In this document: piece after piece, positions 20,303 through 31,071 of the stretch
Position numbering within the stretch: the first letter of the stretch is position 1
Layout of the letters: each line of letters starts with the position of its first letter
Assembly (NCBI GenBank): GCA_049973045.1
Contig: JBMFJZ010000005.1
Location: 71,966 to 135,965 of the forward strand
Direction of reading: 5' to 3'
DNA: 64,000 nt
From: Bacteroidota bacterium
GTDB lineage: Bacteria > Bacteroidota > Ignavibacteria > 0-14-0-80-59-12
Notes under the pieces: model-generated
Databases searched by the model: none
Seen by the model: only the letters and a program-made list of their open reading frames with translations
Told to the model about the DNA's origin: nothing
Translations under genes and position numbers: made by a program

Positions 20303-21049
20303 ATGAAAAAACACAAATTGACCATCCATGAAATAAAGATATTCCTTCTGCTTGTTCTGGGGGTAATCCCAATTTTTGTTTCCATGCCCTCAGCATCAAG
20401 TAGCCCTATGACAAACAGCTCTGAGAACAGCGCGCAGGACACAACTGTCTTTTTTACTCCAGCTGACAGCGCGTTTTTTGTCAATCAACCTCGCTTCAAG
20501 GTAGAGAAGCTAAATGCCTGGGGTATAAATATTCTCTTTTCTGAAAACGGATACGGAGCCGGAGTTTTCTACCGCCGGCGCTTAACAAGCGAACTCTATG
20601 GCAATGTTTCAATCGGACTCTCGTCTGTAAAAGACACGAGAGAAGTTGAATACATTGACCCGTTCACTGGAGAAACATTTGTGCCGGGGAAAATCAATCG
20701 ATTTCTCATGCTACCGGTGGCACTTGCGGTCCAGTACGAACTGTTCCAGAACGTGATCATGCCAAATTTCAGACCTCATATAGATGCAGGCATTGGACCC
20801 ACGCTTATTTACTCATCCCCTTATGACCGTGAGTTCTTCTCAAGTTTGAAATATGGTCAAGCCCACTACACATTTAATGCGTTTATTGGTGCAGGAGCCT
20901 TTTTCGGTTCCGATGTTCGCAGCCTCTCAGGAATTAGTGTTCGGTATTATCTGATCCCATATACGAGAGGGATCGAAAGCCTCCAGGGGAAACCGATGAA
21001 ACAATTCGGCGGATTATTTCTTTTGCTTGATCTCGGCTTGTTCTTTTAA
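20303..21049 (+). CDS. hypothetical exported / outer-membrane protein
   Basis: 248 aa with an N-terminal hydrophobic signal-like segment and beta-rich alternating pattern, ending in a hydrophobic tail. No recognisable catalytic motif. Confidence 0.4.
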   Translation: MKKHKLTIHEIKIFLLLVLGVIPIFVSMPSASSSPMTNSSENSAQDTTVFFTPADSAFFVNQPRFKVEKLNAWGINILFSENGYGAGVFYRRRLTSELYGNVSIGLSSVKDTREVEYIDPFTGETFVPGKINRFLMLPVALAVQYELFQNVIMPNFRPHIDAGIGPTLIYSSPYDREFFSSLKYGQAHYTFNAFIGAGAFFGSDVRSLSGISVRYYLIPYTRGIESLQGKPMKQFGGLFLLLDLGLFF

Positions 21050-21148
21050 GATACCGGCATCCCCTCTTGCATTTTAGACTTGCTTTCGCCACCTCTTTGA
21101 CTGTTTCGGTCTTTTTTCTTAATATGTTAATTTAGAATAAGTTAAATC

Positions 21149-21994
21149 ATGTCACCAATAGAAATCAATGGAATCCAAATTGGAAGCAATGAACCTCTGG
21201 TTCTGATCGCCGGACCATGTGTTGTAGAAGGGAAAGAGATTACATTCCGTACAGCGGATGCTATACAACGTGCTGTCAGTAAATACAATATGCCATTCAT
21301 CTTCAAATCGTCCTATAAAAAAGCAAATCGGACAAGTGGAAGATCATTCTCGACGATTGGAATTCAGGAGGCGCTTAAAATTCTCTCAGATGTGCGGCGT
21401 GAATTCGGTATTCCAATTTTGACAGACATCCATAATGAGCAAGAAGCTGCTCTGGCCGCAGAAGTTGCTGATGTTTTGCAGATTCCTGCATTCCTTTGTC
21501 GGCAAACGGATCTCCTCCAAGCCGCAGGACGTACCGGACGTGCTGTAAATATTAAAAAGGGACAGTTCATGGCACCTGAGGATATGGTGTTGCAAGCTGA
21601 GAAAGTTGCCTCGACTGGTAACACCAGAGTAATGCTAACAGAGCGAGGGACAACCTTCGGTTATCATAATCTCGTTGTGGACATGCGATCGCTTGTTATC
21701 ATGCGGCGATTCGGATACCCGGTTGTTCTGGATGCAACACACTCCATACAGCTTCCGGGAGCAGAAAAAGACCACTCAGGCGGTGAGCCAGAATTCATTT
21801 TCCCAATTGCCCGGGCTGGAGTAGCAGCAGGCTGTGACGCTATCTTCATTGAAACACATCCTGATCCACCTCATGCGCTCAGCGATCCAGCTACTCAACT
21901 TCCTCTTGAGAAACTCCCGTTGTTTCTCTCTCAAATCTCGGCACTGGCACAGCAAGTACGTGAGTTAGGCATTCTCATCAAACAGACTGGATAG
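21149..21994 (+). CDS. kdsA: 3-deoxy-8-phosphooctulonate (Kdo-8-P) synthase
   Basis: 281 aa with KdsA core LIAGPCVVE..FKSSYKKANRTS..NIKKGQF..VLDATHSIQ. Confidence 0.92.
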   Translation: MSPIEINGIQIGSNEPLVLIAGPCVVEGKEITFRTADAIQRAVSKYNMPFIFKSSYKKANRTSGRSFSTIGIQEALKILSDVRREFGIPILTDIHNEQEAALAAEVADVLQIPAFLCRQTDLLQAAGRTGRAVNIKKGQFMAPEDMVLQAEKVASTGNTRVMLTERGTTFGYHNLVVDMRSLVIMRRFGYPVVLDATHSIQLPGAEKDHSGGEPEFIFPIARAGVAAGCDAIFIETHPDPPHALSDPATQLPLEKLPLFLSQISALAQQVRELGILIKQTG

Positions 21995-21999
21995 CAATC

Positions 22000-22530
22000 G
22001 TGATTTCACTAAGTGAACGTAAGAAGAGGGCTTTAGCAAAGGCAAAGCGAATCAAACTCTTCCTACTCGATGTAGATGGAGTTCTCACTGACGGTTCCCT
22101 CCTGTACGGGGCTGACGGCTCAGAGTTCAAGGTCTTCAATATTCATGACGGCTATGGCATCCACCAGATGATTCAGGCAGGAATTCGTGTGGGCATCATC
22201 TCGGGGGCAAAATCTGAGATCGTCAGACGGCGTGCAGCAGAACTCGGTATCGTTGACGTGTACGAGGAGTTCTTGGATAAGCTGAAACCATATGAAAAAC
22301 TCAAGTCCACCTATGGATACTCAGACGAAGAAGTAGCATATATGGGAGATGAGCTCTTTGACATTCCACTTCTTAAGGCCGTTGGGTTTAGCGCAGCACC
22401 AGCCAATGCGCGTGCGGAGGTTAAATCGGTTGTTGACTTTGTTACCCGCGCAAGGGGAGGAGATGGTGCCGTTCGCGAGGTCATCGATTTTATCTTGCAC
22501 GCACAGGGAAAAGGATACAAAGGAAGTTAA
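22000..22530 (+). CDS. kdsC: Kdo-8-phosphate phosphatase (HAD family)
   Basis: 176 aa with a GTG start and HAD motifs LFLLDVDGVLTDG and YMGDELFD. It lies between kdsA and kdsD. Confidence 0.88.
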   Translation: MISLSERKKRALAKAKRIKLFLLDVDGVLTDGSLLYGADGSEFKVFNIHDGYGIHQMIQAGIRVGIISGAKSEIVRRRAAELGIVDVYEEFLDKLKPYEKLKSTYGYSDEEVAYMGDELFDIPLLKAVGFSAAPANARAEVKSVVDFVTRARGGDGAVREVIDFILHAQGKGYKGS

Positions 22531-22584
22531 TGCTCGCTTCGGACCCGCCAAAGAGAACATCCCCGATCAAGGCGAGGGACTAAT

Positions 22585-23637
22585 ATGAACGAGGAGAAAG
22601 GTCTCCAACAAGGACCGAATGGCGCTAAGGGCGCCGTGGTGCAAGACACTCACTCGACAGAATCAGCAATTGCTGCCGGAAAGCGGGTGATACGAATAGA
22701 ATCTGAAGCCGTCTCTGCACTTGAGTCGCATATCGACGAGCGCTTTGCACAGGCTGTAGAATTGATTTATCGATCAAAGGGGCGCGTGGTAGTAACGGGA
22801 ATGGGGAAATCTGGCGCCATTGCACGGAAGATCGTTGCAACTTTGAACTCAACAGGTACGCCTTCGTTGTTTCTTCATCCATCCGATGCTGTCCATGGGG
22901 ACCTTGGGATGGTCCGCAGCGAAGATGTTGTCATCTGTATCTCTAAGAGCGGAAACACTCAGGAGCTACAGGAGCTTCTCCCAATGTTCAGACGAATTGG
23001 CGTCCCGATTATCTGCATGGTTGGGAATCTCTCTTCCAAGCTTGCGGAGAGTGCAGACGTCGTACTTGATGTCAGTGTCCATGAAGAGGCATGTCCACTC
23101 GACCTAGCGCCAACGGCTTCCACCACAGCAGCCTTAGCAATGGGAGATGCGCTGGCTGTAGCTTTGCTGGAGCGTAGAAATTTCACTGCCGAAGATTTTG
23201 CTCGTTTTCATCCCGGCGGTATACTGGGGAAACGCCTCCTTCTCAAGGTTGAAGAAATGATGGTTAGTGGCAGCGCGGTTCCAATTGTCCACAAGAATGT
23301 CCTCCTCAAAGATGCCATAATTGAGATGACCTCAAAACGACTTGGAGCAACCTGTGTTGTAGATGAGAGAGGAATTCTCGTAGGCATTATCACCGACGGC
23401 GACTTGCGAAGGCTTCTCCAACGAACTACTGACGTGGTGAACCTCCGTGCCGAAACTGTCATGACAACAAAACCGAAAGTCATTGCAAAGGATGCTCTCG
23501 CTGTCACTGCACTCCAGGTTATGGAATCTTTCAATATTACACAGCTCGTTGTAGTTGACGACGCTCATCATCCAATCGGGATGATCCATCTTCATGACCT
23601 TGTGAAAGCTGGACTTGGGGGAGATAGCACCGGATGA
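22585..23637 (+). CDS. kdsD: arabinose-5-phosphate isomerase (KpsF/GutQ family; SIS + tandem CBS)
   Basis: 350 aa with SIS motif VVVTGMGKSGAIARK and a C-terminal CBS pair. Confidence 0.9.
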   Translation: MNEEKGLQQGPNGAKGAVVQDTHSTESAIAAGKRVIRIESEAVSALESHIDERFAQAVELIYRSKGRVVVTGMGKSGAIARKIVATLNSTGTPSLFLHPSDAVHGDLGMVRSEDVVICISKSGNTQELQELLPMFRRIGVPIICMVGNLSSKLAESADVVLDVSVHEEACPLDLAPTASTTAALAMGDALAVALLERRNFTAEDFARFHPGGILGKRLLLKVEEMMVSGSAVPIVHKNVLLKDAIIEMTSKRLGATCVVDERGILVGIITDGDLRRLLQRTTDVVNLRAETVMTTKPKVIAKDALAVTALQVMESFNITQLVVVDDAHHPIGMIHLHDLVKAGLGGDSTG

Positions 23638-24200
23638 ACAACAGTCTAAGCCAGAGGCTTATCCGCCTATGGCGGAGAAATGTTCCTCTCATTCTCACGG
23701 CAATTTTTCTTTTGAGCTGCGAAAGCCGTTTGAAGCCAGCCGTCTCAAGCGACATACCAACAGGTGTCCCTCCATCGCAGGAGAGCTGGGGAATAACAGT
23801 AGCCTTTGCGGATTCAGGACAGACACGCGCCATTCTCCGGGCGGGCCACGTGGCAGTTTACCCAAACACCGAAATAACAATCCTCAACCATGGGATCAAG
23901 GTCGATTTTTTCGATCGAGAGGAACATCATACATCTGTTCTCACGGCTGATTCCGGTCAGGTGGACGATCGAACACACGATCTTAAGGCATTCGGCAATG
24001 TCATTGTGATTTCGGATAGCGGTGTGACACTTCGCACAAATCAGCTTGGATGGGACAATGCTCGCCGCTTGATCCATACGAATTCCTATGTCAAAATTAC
24101 AAGCCCAACTGAAGAAATCGAGGGTCAGGGCTTCGAGTCCGATGAAAGCTTGACGAACTACCGTATTTTCCATGTCACAGGTCGAGCAACGGTAAAGTGA
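23634..24200 (+). CDS. lptC: LPS export protein LptC-like
   Basis: 188 aa with a single N-terminal TM helix and a beta-rich periplasmic part. It overlaps kdsD by 4 nt and sits in the conserved kdsD/kdsC-lptC-lptA-lptB position. Confidence 0.6.
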   Translation: MNNSLSQRLIRLWRRNVPLILTAIFLLSCESRLKPAVSSDIPTGVPPSQESWGITVAFADSGQTRAILRAGHVAVYPNTEITILNHGIKVDFFDREEHHTSVLTADSGQVDDRTHDLKAFGNVIVISDSGVTLRTNQLGWDNARRLIHTNSYVKITSPTEEIEGQGFESDESLTNYRIFHVTGRATVK

Positions 24201-25576
24201 TGCAGCGCACTCGAAGCAGAAACTTTTCCGACCGCTTGAAAGTTGTATCTGTACTGTTCATGCTTTGTTCAGTAATGGATAGTCAAGCGAAGGATGAGGA
24301 ACCAGTTATACTCGAACACGCCGACAGTCTGGTGGGACGCACAGTGAATGGAGAGTCTGTACGAGAATTAATTGGCAACGTTGTCCTGCGGCAAGGCACA
24401 ACTCTTCTACGGTGTCAGCGTGCGGTTCAGTATTTTCAAACTAATCGGATCGATCTTGAGGGAAGTGTTATCGTCACGAACGACACTCTGACATTGATAA
24501 GTCCATCAGCAAACTATGACAGCCGAACGAGAATTGCCACAACGGTAGCGGGCTTAACATTTATTGACGCTGGCAGGCGACTTACAGCAAACCGAGGTTC
24601 ATACAATGCTGAATCTGAAATAGCGCAGTTTGATGGGAATGTTGCGCTTTCGGATTCCGCTTCAAAAGTTGAATCAGACCAGCTCACCTACTACCGAAAA
24701 GAGAAACGATTCATTGCCCAGGGAAATGTAATTGTCTCAAACCCTGCAGATCGAGTGTGGGTTGTTGGAGAAGAGCTCATTCATCGCGAAACTCCATATT
24801 CCAGCCGCATGAACTACCAGCCGGTCTTGATGCGCATAGATACAACTGAAAAGGGACGCATCGATACACTCTTCGTGCAAAGCAAGATGATGGAGGTTGT
24901 GGGTGATTCCGCTCGGAGGTATATTGCCCGCGATAGCGTCCGGATAACCAGAGGAGGACTGGCAGCACGGTGCGTCCTTGCGGAATTTGATCCAGATGCA
25001 GATACAATCTCTCTAACAGGGAATCCGGTCCTTTGGTACGAGCGTACTCAGGCGCGGGGAAATCTTGTGAAGGTCTTGCTTCACAATCACCACCCATCGG
25101 ATGTGCTCATCCTTGGCGATGCCATCGCTATCTCAGAAACTGATACTACGCACCGCGAACGCCGTGACCAATTAGGTGGAGCAAAGATTGAGCTGAAATT
25201 CCTCCACGACTCATTGCGTTCAGTAACCGCCTTTGGAAATGCAATGAGCTTTTCATTTCTCTTTGATGAAGGAAAACCAAATGGTGTCAACCAGACCACC
25301 GCTGATCGGATCACATTGGAATTAGCATACGGAACCAAAGAAAATCAAAGGCAAGGAGCCTTGAAGCGTGTAATCGCTGTCGGTGGGGTGCAAGGAAATT
25401 ATTACCCAGAAAATATGGTAAGAGGCAACGTTCAGGAATATCGCTTGCCTAACTACTTCTGGGAAACGAAAAGACCTGAGCTTCACGCACCCCCATTACT
25501 CCTTGCACGGCTAAACAGACATATAAGTAGTCAAGGTGCCCCTGTACTTTCTCGGGATGGCAAAGGAACCCCATGA
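24197..25576 (+). CDS. OstA/LptA-family periplasmic LPS transport protein (enlarged, 459 aa)
   Basis: Signal peptide and repeated OstA-like beta-jellyroll pattern. It has 4-nt overlaps with both lptC and lptB. Confidence 0.55.
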   Translation: MMQRTRSRNFSDRLKVVSVLFMLCSVMDSQAKDEEPVILEHADSLVGRTVNGESVRELIGNVVLRQGTTLLRCQRAVQYFQTNRIDLEGSVIVTNDTLTLISPSANYDSRTRIATTVAGLTFIDAGRRLTANRGSYNAESEIAQFDGNVALSDSASKVESDQLTYYRKEKRFIAQGNVIVSNPADRVWVVGEELIHRETPYSSRMNYQPVLMRIDTTEKGRIDTLFVQSKMMEVVGDSARRYIARDSVRITRGGLAARCVLAEFDPDADTISLTGNPVLWYERTQARGNLVKVLLHNHHPSDVLILGDAIAISETDTTHRERRDQLGGAKIELKFLHDSLRSVTAFGNAMSFSFLFDEGKPNGVNQTTADRITLELAYGTKENQRQGALKRVIAVGGVQGNYYPENMVRGNVQEYRLPNYFWETKRPELHAPPLLLARLNRHISSQGAPVLSRDGKGTP

Positions 25577-26379
25577 GTCATGGCGTGCATCAGTTGTATT
25601 CTGAGTCGGAAACCAGGCATCCCGCTGTAAGCGGGACGGGGAATGAACTTGAACTTCGTGCCGAACATCTCTCAAAGCGATATAGGAAACGCTTCGTTGT
25701 TAATAACGTAAGCTTGTATGTACGTCAAGGAGAGGTGGTTGGCTTACTAGGTCCGAATGGTGCCGGTAAAACAACTACATTCTATATGATCGTCGGGCTA
25801 ATCCGCCCATTTTCCGGGAACGTATTTCTGGGAAGAGAAAATATTACGCGACTTGCGATGTACAAGCGTGCAAGGCTCGGCATTGGTTACCTTTCACAGG
25901 AAGCCTCGATCTTCCGTAAGCTTACTGTGCGCGAAAATATCATGGCGGTTTTAGAACAACTTCCTCTTGACAAACATCAGCGCGAAGAGCGTTGTGACGA
26001 GCTTCTCAGAGAGTTCGGTATTGAAGCCGTTCAAGGGAGCAAAGGATATATGCTCTCAGGAGGTGAGCGGCGCCGAACTGAAATCGCACGCACCGTGGCA
26101 TCAAACCCTAAGTTTATCCTTCTCGACGAGCCATTTGCGGGCATCGACCCGATAGCTGTTGAAGACCTGATGAAACTTGTCCACAATCTCAAACATCGCG
26201 GGATTGGCGTGCTCATCACAGACCATAATGTTCACGAGACGCTGTCAATCACAGACCGGGCATATCTCCTTTACGATGGTCGTATCCTCAAGTCAGGTAC
26301 ATCTGAATCGCTTGCAGGTGATGCGGAAGCCCGAAAGCTCTACCTGGGAGAAAAATTTCGCCTCGATCGATATGAATAA
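25573..26379 (+). CDS. lptB: LPS export ABC transporter ATP-binding protein
   Basis: 268 aa with Walker [10 protein letters not shown], signature LSGGERRR and Walker [13 protein letters not shown]. Confidence 0.92.
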   Translation: MSHGVHQLYSESETRHPAVSGTGNELELRAEHLSKRYRKRFVVNNVSLYVRQGEVVGLLGPNGAGKTTTFYMIVGLIRPFSGNVFLGRENITRLAMYKRARLGIGYLSQEASIFRKLTVRENIMAVLEQLPLDKHQREERCDELLREFGIEAVQGSKGYMLSGGERRRTEIARTVASNPKFILLDEPFAGIDPIAVEDLMKLVHNLKHRGIGVLITDHNVHETLSITDRAYLLYDGRILKSGTSESLAGDAEARKLYLGEKFRLDRYE

Positions 26380-26445
26380 CTCAATCATTTACTCCCCTCA
26401 GGAGAAAATCATGTATCGATACAAAAATAATAACGGTGAACGGAC

Positions 26446-27462
26446 ATGGTTGTTGTAATAGAGCAGAACGCTTCCGAAGAAGTCATCCAGCATGTCACAA
26501 AGGTTCTCCGAGAATTCGGATTCGATGTTCATCGGTCGACTGGAGTAAATCAGACAGTCCTTGGAGCCATTGGCGTCAAGCCGGATTTCGATATTCGTCA
26601 GATCGAGGTTCTGCCCGGCGTTGCGGCAGTCTATCGGATCACTGAACCCTACAAACTTGCGAGCCGGACATTTCGCCCGGAAGGCACTGTCGTGGACGTC
26701 AACGGCGTGAAGATCGGCTCAACAGCAATCGTGGTGATGGCAGGTCCGTGTTCCGTTGAAAGCGAGGAACAGGTTTTCACCATTGCCAAACATGTTGCGG
26801 ATCTGGGGGTGAAGATTCTGCGTGGAGGGGCATTCAAACCGCGAACCTCCCCGTACTCATTCCAGGGTTTGGGGGAAAAGGGGTTGCAACTTTTGCGCGC
26901 AGCGGCAGACACCTACCACCTGTCTGTCATCACAGAGGTAATGGACTCAAGTCAGATATCACTCGTCGAAAAATATGCAGACGTCCTTCAAGTTGGGGCT
27001 CGAAACATGCAGAACTTCACGTTCCTCAAGGACCTGGGGAAAGCATCAAAACCGGTCATGTTAAAAAGAGGAATGGCAGCAACTATTGAAGAATGGCTGA
27101 TGGCTGCAGAATATATTCTTTCTGGAGGCAATCACAACGTTATTTTGTGCGAGCGCGGCATTCGGACATTTGAAACAGCAACTCGGAACACGCTTGACCT
27201 GAGTGCTATTCCAGTTGTCCATAAGAAAAGTCATCTGCCAGTTGTCGTCGACCCAAGCCACGCAACTGGGATGCGCGATAAAGTGATTCCAATGGCACGT
27301 GCTGCAGTCGCAAGCGGTGCCGATGGAATTATGGTTGAAGTGCACAACGAACCAGAAAAAGCTAAGTCCGATGGTCCACAGTCACTCTATCTCGAACAAT
27401 TCACTCAACTCATGAAAGAGGTGCGACTTATTGCGGAGGCAATTGGACGCCATATCGTATAA
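26446..27462 (+). CDS. 3-deoxy-7-phosphoheptulonate (DAHP) synthase, class I-beta with N-terminal ferredoxin-like regulatory domain
   Basis: 338 aa with KdsA-related core [39 protein letters not shown], preceded by a ~70-aa regulatory domain. Confidence 0.88.
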   Translation: MVVVIEQNASEEVIQHVTKVLREFGFDVHRSTGVNQTVLGAIGVKPDFDIRQIEVLPGVAAVYRITEPYKLASRTFRPEGTVVDVNGVKIGSTAIVVMAGPCSVESEEQVFTIAKHVADLGVKILRGGAFKPRTSPYSFQGLGEKGLQLLRAAADTYHLSVITEVMDSSQISLVEKYADVLQVGARNMQNFTFLKDLGKASKPVMLKRGMAATIEEWLMAAEYILSGGNHNVILCERGIRTFETATRNTLDLSAIPVVHKKSHLPVVVDPSHATGMRDKVIPMARAAVASGADGIMVEVHNEPEKAKSDGPQSLYLEQFTQLMKEVRLIAEAIGRHIV

Positions 27463-28594
27463 CGCCAAGCATCCTTCGAGAAAATTTTCTAGACCTGAAC
27501 GTATTGCTATCATCGGTTTGGGTCTGATAGGCGGATCAATAGCACTCGCTTTTAAACGCTCCTCACCGAACATTCTGATCCATGGATTCGATACACCAGC
27601 CGTTCTCCAGCGTGCACGCCGTGCGGGAGCAATTGACGTAGCTGCTTCTATACTTGAAGACGCATGTCGATTCGCAACTGTGGCAATCATCGCAACACCC
27701 TTAGAAAAGTCACTCCAAGTATTTTCACAAGTTGCCCGCTCCATTCCTCCCGGAGGAATCATCACCGATGTCGGCAGTGTGAAAGTCCCAATCGTGAAGG
27801 AGGCGTCACGTCTTCTACCTGAGGACCGTTTCTTTATCGGCGGACACCCGATGGCAGGCTCAGAGCGACGTGGATTTGAAAATGCCGATCCACTCCTTTT
27901 CCAAAACGCAGTCTATGTCCTTACACCAACTCCGGATACACCACGAGCAGCCCTCAAGAGGCTCCTGAACCTCATCGAGCAGCTCAGGGCTAGAGTAATG
28001 ATCATGTCTGCTGAAGAACACGATCGAATTGCGGCTCTTGTGAGTCATCTTCCTCAGCTCGCAGCAGTCGGATTGGTCAATATGGTGAGTGGTGCAACGC
28101 GAAACATGTCACTTGCAAGGCAACTTGCTGCTGGTGGATTTCGAGACATGACACGTATTGCATCAAGTCCGTTTGAACTCTGGGGTGAGATTCTTTCCCA
28201 GAATCAGAGCGAAGTTCGCCGTGCTCTGCGCGCCTATCGATCAATTCTCAAAGCTATGGAACAGGCTACAGGATGTGATTCCGCAAGGAAGAAGAAGCTT
28301 GCCCGGTTCTTTCGCCGAGCTGAAAGGACCCGGCAGAGAATCCCGCTTGATATGAAAGGATTTCTTCATCCGCTGAGCGATATTTTTCTTGCTGTGGACG
28401 ACCAGCCAGGTGCGATCAACCGCTTCACAGGTGTCCTTGCACAAAAGAAGATCAATATAAGCGATATCCTGCTGCTTCGAGTGCGAGAGGGCGAGCAAGG
28501 AACTTTCAAGCTCTCATTCGCCACGGAACGAGACGCGGAAAGAGCAGCGGAAGCACTTAAAGCAGCAGGGTACGCAGTGTGGAGAAATCGGTGA
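27431..28594 (+). CDS. tyrA: prephenate dehydrogenase with C-terminal ACT domain
   Basis: 387 aa with Rossmann motif IAIIGLGLIGGSIA, the block GGHPMAGSE and a C-terminal ACT-like ~80 aa. The start codon is uncertain because the ORF overlaps the DAHPS gene by 32 nt. Confidence 0.85.
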   Translation: MRRQLDAISYNAKHPSRKFSRPERIAIIGLGLIGGSIALAFKRSSPNILIHGFDTPAVLQRARRAGAIDVAASILEDACRFATVAIIATPLEKSLQVFSQVARSIPPGGIITDVGSVKVPIVKEASRLLPEDRFFIGGHPMAGSERRGFENADPLLFQNAVYVLTPTPDTPRAALKRLLNLIEQLRARVMIMSAEEHDRIAALVSHLPQLAAVGLVNMVSGATRNMSLARQLAAGGFRDMTRIASSPFELWGEILSQNQSEVRRALRAYRSILKAMEQATGCDSARKKKLARFFRRAERTRQRIPLDMKGFLHPLSDIFLAVDDQPGAINRFTGVLAQKKINISDILLLRVREGEQGTFKLSFATERDAERAAEALKAAGYAVWRNR

Positions 28595-28660
28595 AAACAA
28601 TTTGTTCTTGTTTTAGCAAGGATTTTGAAAGTTACATGACCAATGCATGCAAAGTCCGTC

Positions 28661-28915
28661 CTAACGGGACGGATGGGACTTATGAGACGAGTCTGTAGTC
28701 TTCTTTGTCTCCGATGTGGAAGCGCTCTTGCCTTTATTCTTATAATCAGTGATATAAAAACCTGAACCCCGAAAAATTAAACCGGCTCCAGAGATCACAC
28801 GATAGAGTTTGGCTTTCCCACACTTTGGGCATGTTTTAAGAGGCTCAGCGGAAATACTCTGCAATTCTTCAAATTCGTATCCACACGCTTTACATCGATA
28901 CTGATACATTGGCAT
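28661..28915 (-). CDS. FmdB-family zinc-ribbon protein
   Basis: 84 aa starting MPMYQYRCKACGYEFE...CPKCG, with two CxxC pairs. Confidence 0.8.
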   Translation of the reverse strand: MPMYQYRCKACGYEFEELQSISAEPLKTCPKCGKAKLYRVISGAGLIFRGSGFYITDYKNKGKSASTSETKKTTDSSHKSHPSR

Positions 28916-28929
28916 TACAACACCTCATC

Positions 28930-28957
28930 ATTTTAAAACTAATCCGCCTCCGGCGGA
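28930..28957 (-). terminator. possible intrinsic terminator downstream of coaD
   Basis: Hairpin tccgcc-tcc-ggcgga (28943..28957). On the minus strand it is followed by TTAGTTTTAAAA. The stem is short, so this is tentative. Confidence 0.35.
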
Positions 28958-28990
28958 GAGGCCTACAAAAGTTCCATAGCAACCTACATT

Positions 28991-29527
28991 TCACTGTATT
29001 AAATCAATAGAGATTCTATTGCTCCAAGATACCCCTTTCAATTTAAGAGCGCGGATCTTCTCCTTGAGTTTCTTCTCGACAATCGGAGGAACGAAGTTGC
29101 TCACATCTCCTCCAAGCCATGCTATTTCCCGCACGATACTCGAGTTAAGATAAGTGAAATTTTCATGCGGCATCAAGAACACAGTTGAAATTTCGTTTGC
29201 TAACTTTCGGTTCATGAGCGCCATCTGAAACTCGTATTCGAAGTCAGAGATGGCACGCAGCCCTCGAACAATAGCAATTGCTTTCTTGGAGCGCGCATAC
29301 TCAACAAGGAGTCCATCGAAGCAATCAACAGCGACCTTATTCTTGTACTTTGCGGTCACAGCACGGATCATCGACATTCGCTCCTGTTCTGAGAACATTG
29401 GCGATTTTGCAGCATTTGCCGCAATTGTGACGATCACCTTATCAAAAATCTCAATCGCACGTTCAAGCACATCAAGATGCCCATTCGTGATTGGATCAAA
29501 TGTACCCGGATAAATTGCAATACGCAT
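28991..29527 (-). CDS. coaD: pantetheine-phosphate adenylyltransferase
   Basis: ORF 28991..29554, with the likely start MRIAIYPGTFDPITNGHLDV at 29527 (the T/HxGH nucleotidyltransferase motif). Confidence 0.9.
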   Translation of the reverse strand: MRIAIYPGTFDPITNGHLDVLERAIEIFDKVIVTIAANAAKSPMFSEQERMSMIRAVTAKYKNKVAVDCFDGLLVEYARSKKAIAIVRGLRAISDFEYEFQMALMNRKLANEISTVFLMPHENFTYLNSSIVREIAWLGGDVSNFVPPIVEKKLKEKIRALKLKGVSWSNRISIDLIQ

Positions 29528-29534
29528 TGTCTCC

Positions 29535-30107
29535 TCACTCTGTATTCTGTTCAAGATGGAAGAAGGTTACTGATGTTTCCCCGAAATGCTTTGTGATGAT
29601 GAAGCGGAAGCCAGGAATAGTCCCGCAATAAGTGCTGCTGGATAACAGCTGAACTTTTGAAGGATGTTTCATGATCATCCAGCTACCTGCACCGACAATA
29701 GAGGCAAGCTTTATCGGAAGAGCCTCTAACGCATTATAGGCGTATGGGGGATCAACGAAAACAAGGTCAAATGGCTCTTTCAATTGCGAAATAACCAACT
29801 CTGCATTAGCATGAAGAAGCTTCCCTCGTGACTCCGCATGAAGTGCTTTCAGATTTGCCTCGATGATGCGCAGAGATTCAACGGAAGCATCGACAAAGGT
29901 AACATGGCTCGCACCGCGGCTGAGAGCTTCCAGACCAAGCGTCCCACTACCCGCAAAAAGATCAAGCACACGAATTCCTTCGAAGTCAATTCTCGTCGCA
30001 AGGACATCGAAGATTGTTTTCTTCACCCGGTCGGTTGTTGGACGCACTGCACGCGTTCTTGGCGCCTGAATACGACGACCCTTGAATTCTCCAGCGATGA
30101 TCCTCAT
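29535..30107 (-). CDS. rsmD: 16S rRNA (guanine966-N2)-methyltransferase
   Basis: 190 aa starting MRIIAGEFKGRRI, with VLDLFAGSGTLGLEALSRGA and VFVDPPY. Confidence 0.88.
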   Translation of the reverse strand: MRIIAGEFKGRRIQAPRTRAVRPTTDRVKKTIFDVLATRIDFEGIRVLDLFAGSGTLGLEALSRGASHVTFVDASVESLRIIEANLKALHAESRGKLLHANAELVISQLKEPFDLVFVDPPYAYNALEALPIKLASIVGAGSWMIMKHPSKVQLLSSSTYCGTIPGFRFIITKHFGETSVTFFHLEQNTE

Positions 30108-31066
30108 GGGAGTAATTCCATGGCTCGAAGCCCAAGCCCAATTCCCCCTGCAACCATCGGTCCATTCCCAATTCTCTGCCTGAGGGCTCCCGAAGCCTTG
30201 AGATAGCGCAACGGGTCAAGCAGAGTTACATCTGTTTTCCAGATGGACCGAAACGCTTGAACCTGTCCTTCCGTCGCCCTCTCCCCATGTAGAATAACAG
30301 TCCACTCAATGTGCATTGACCGAAAATTATTCAGAAGCACTCTGACGATTTCGTGCGCAATTTCATCTTCCGCCCGCGACTCAGGAAGGACCTGCCGAAT
30401 GTAGGCAAAAGTCCTACCATCACGGAGAATAGAGATGTCAATTCGCTGAGCACCCACACCGACCAGGACAACTAGAGTTCCTGCAGTCCTCGCTGGGTGG
30501 AAAAGCGCCAACAGCTCAGATTGGCTATACTTCCTGAGGAACTCTGATCGAAAGAAATATTCCGCGCCGAAATGTGTTGTGTCAATCGCACTGAGTGAGA
30601 TATGCCTATCGAGCAAAAGCGAACGAAGCGCATCAATCCATCTTTTTCGGAAAGCGACAAGAAGGATCAGCTTAGCATGCTTCTCAGGCAAGTGATTCAG
30701 CACTGTTGTGTTCGTGACATACTCTTCAGGAGATTCGACGAAATGTCCCAGCTCCCAGAGTATATGGGATTGAAGAGCGTAATGCGAGAGGCTTTCGTCC
30801 ACGGGGACAGTACCTGAAAAAACGACGTCGCTGCTCAATGCAACAACTGCTGAATCGGCTTTCCTGCCGAGTTGACCGAAAACCTGATCAAAAGCGTCAC
30901 TAAGGGCAGAGGAATCCATCACACCATCATGGATAACTGGAGACGATGAATAAACCTGCGCGTACGATAAGATCGCTATAGTCTTAGATGTCCCCTCCAT
31001 TTCCGTAGCAAGGATACGGTTCGGGAAAACCATAAACACATATTGACGTTTGCTCTTGGAGAACAC
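30104..31066 (-). CDS. hypothetical protein, possibly PilM-like (actin-fold pilus/competence assembly protein)
   Basis: 320 aa with no catalytic motif recognised. Its length, its position next to comEA and the C-terminal GGIGLGLRA resemble PilM-type proteins. This is a weak call. Confidence 0.3.
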   Translation of the reverse strand: MFSKSKRQYVFMVFPNRILATEMEGTSKTIAILSYAQVYSSSPVIHDGVMDSSALSDAFDQVFGQLGRKADSAVVALSSDVVFSGTVPVDESLSHYALQSHILWELGHFVESPEEYVTNTTVLNHLPEKHAKLILLVAFRKRWIDALRSLLLDRHISLSAIDTTHFGAEYFFRSEFLRKYSQSELLALFHPARTAGTLVVLVGVGAQRIDISILRDGRTFAYIRQVLPESRAEDEIAHEIVRVLLNNFRSMHIEWTVILHGERATEGQVQAFRSIWKTDVTLLDPLRYLKASGALRQRIGNGPMVAGGIGLGLRAMELLP

Positions 31067-31071
31067 TTTTG

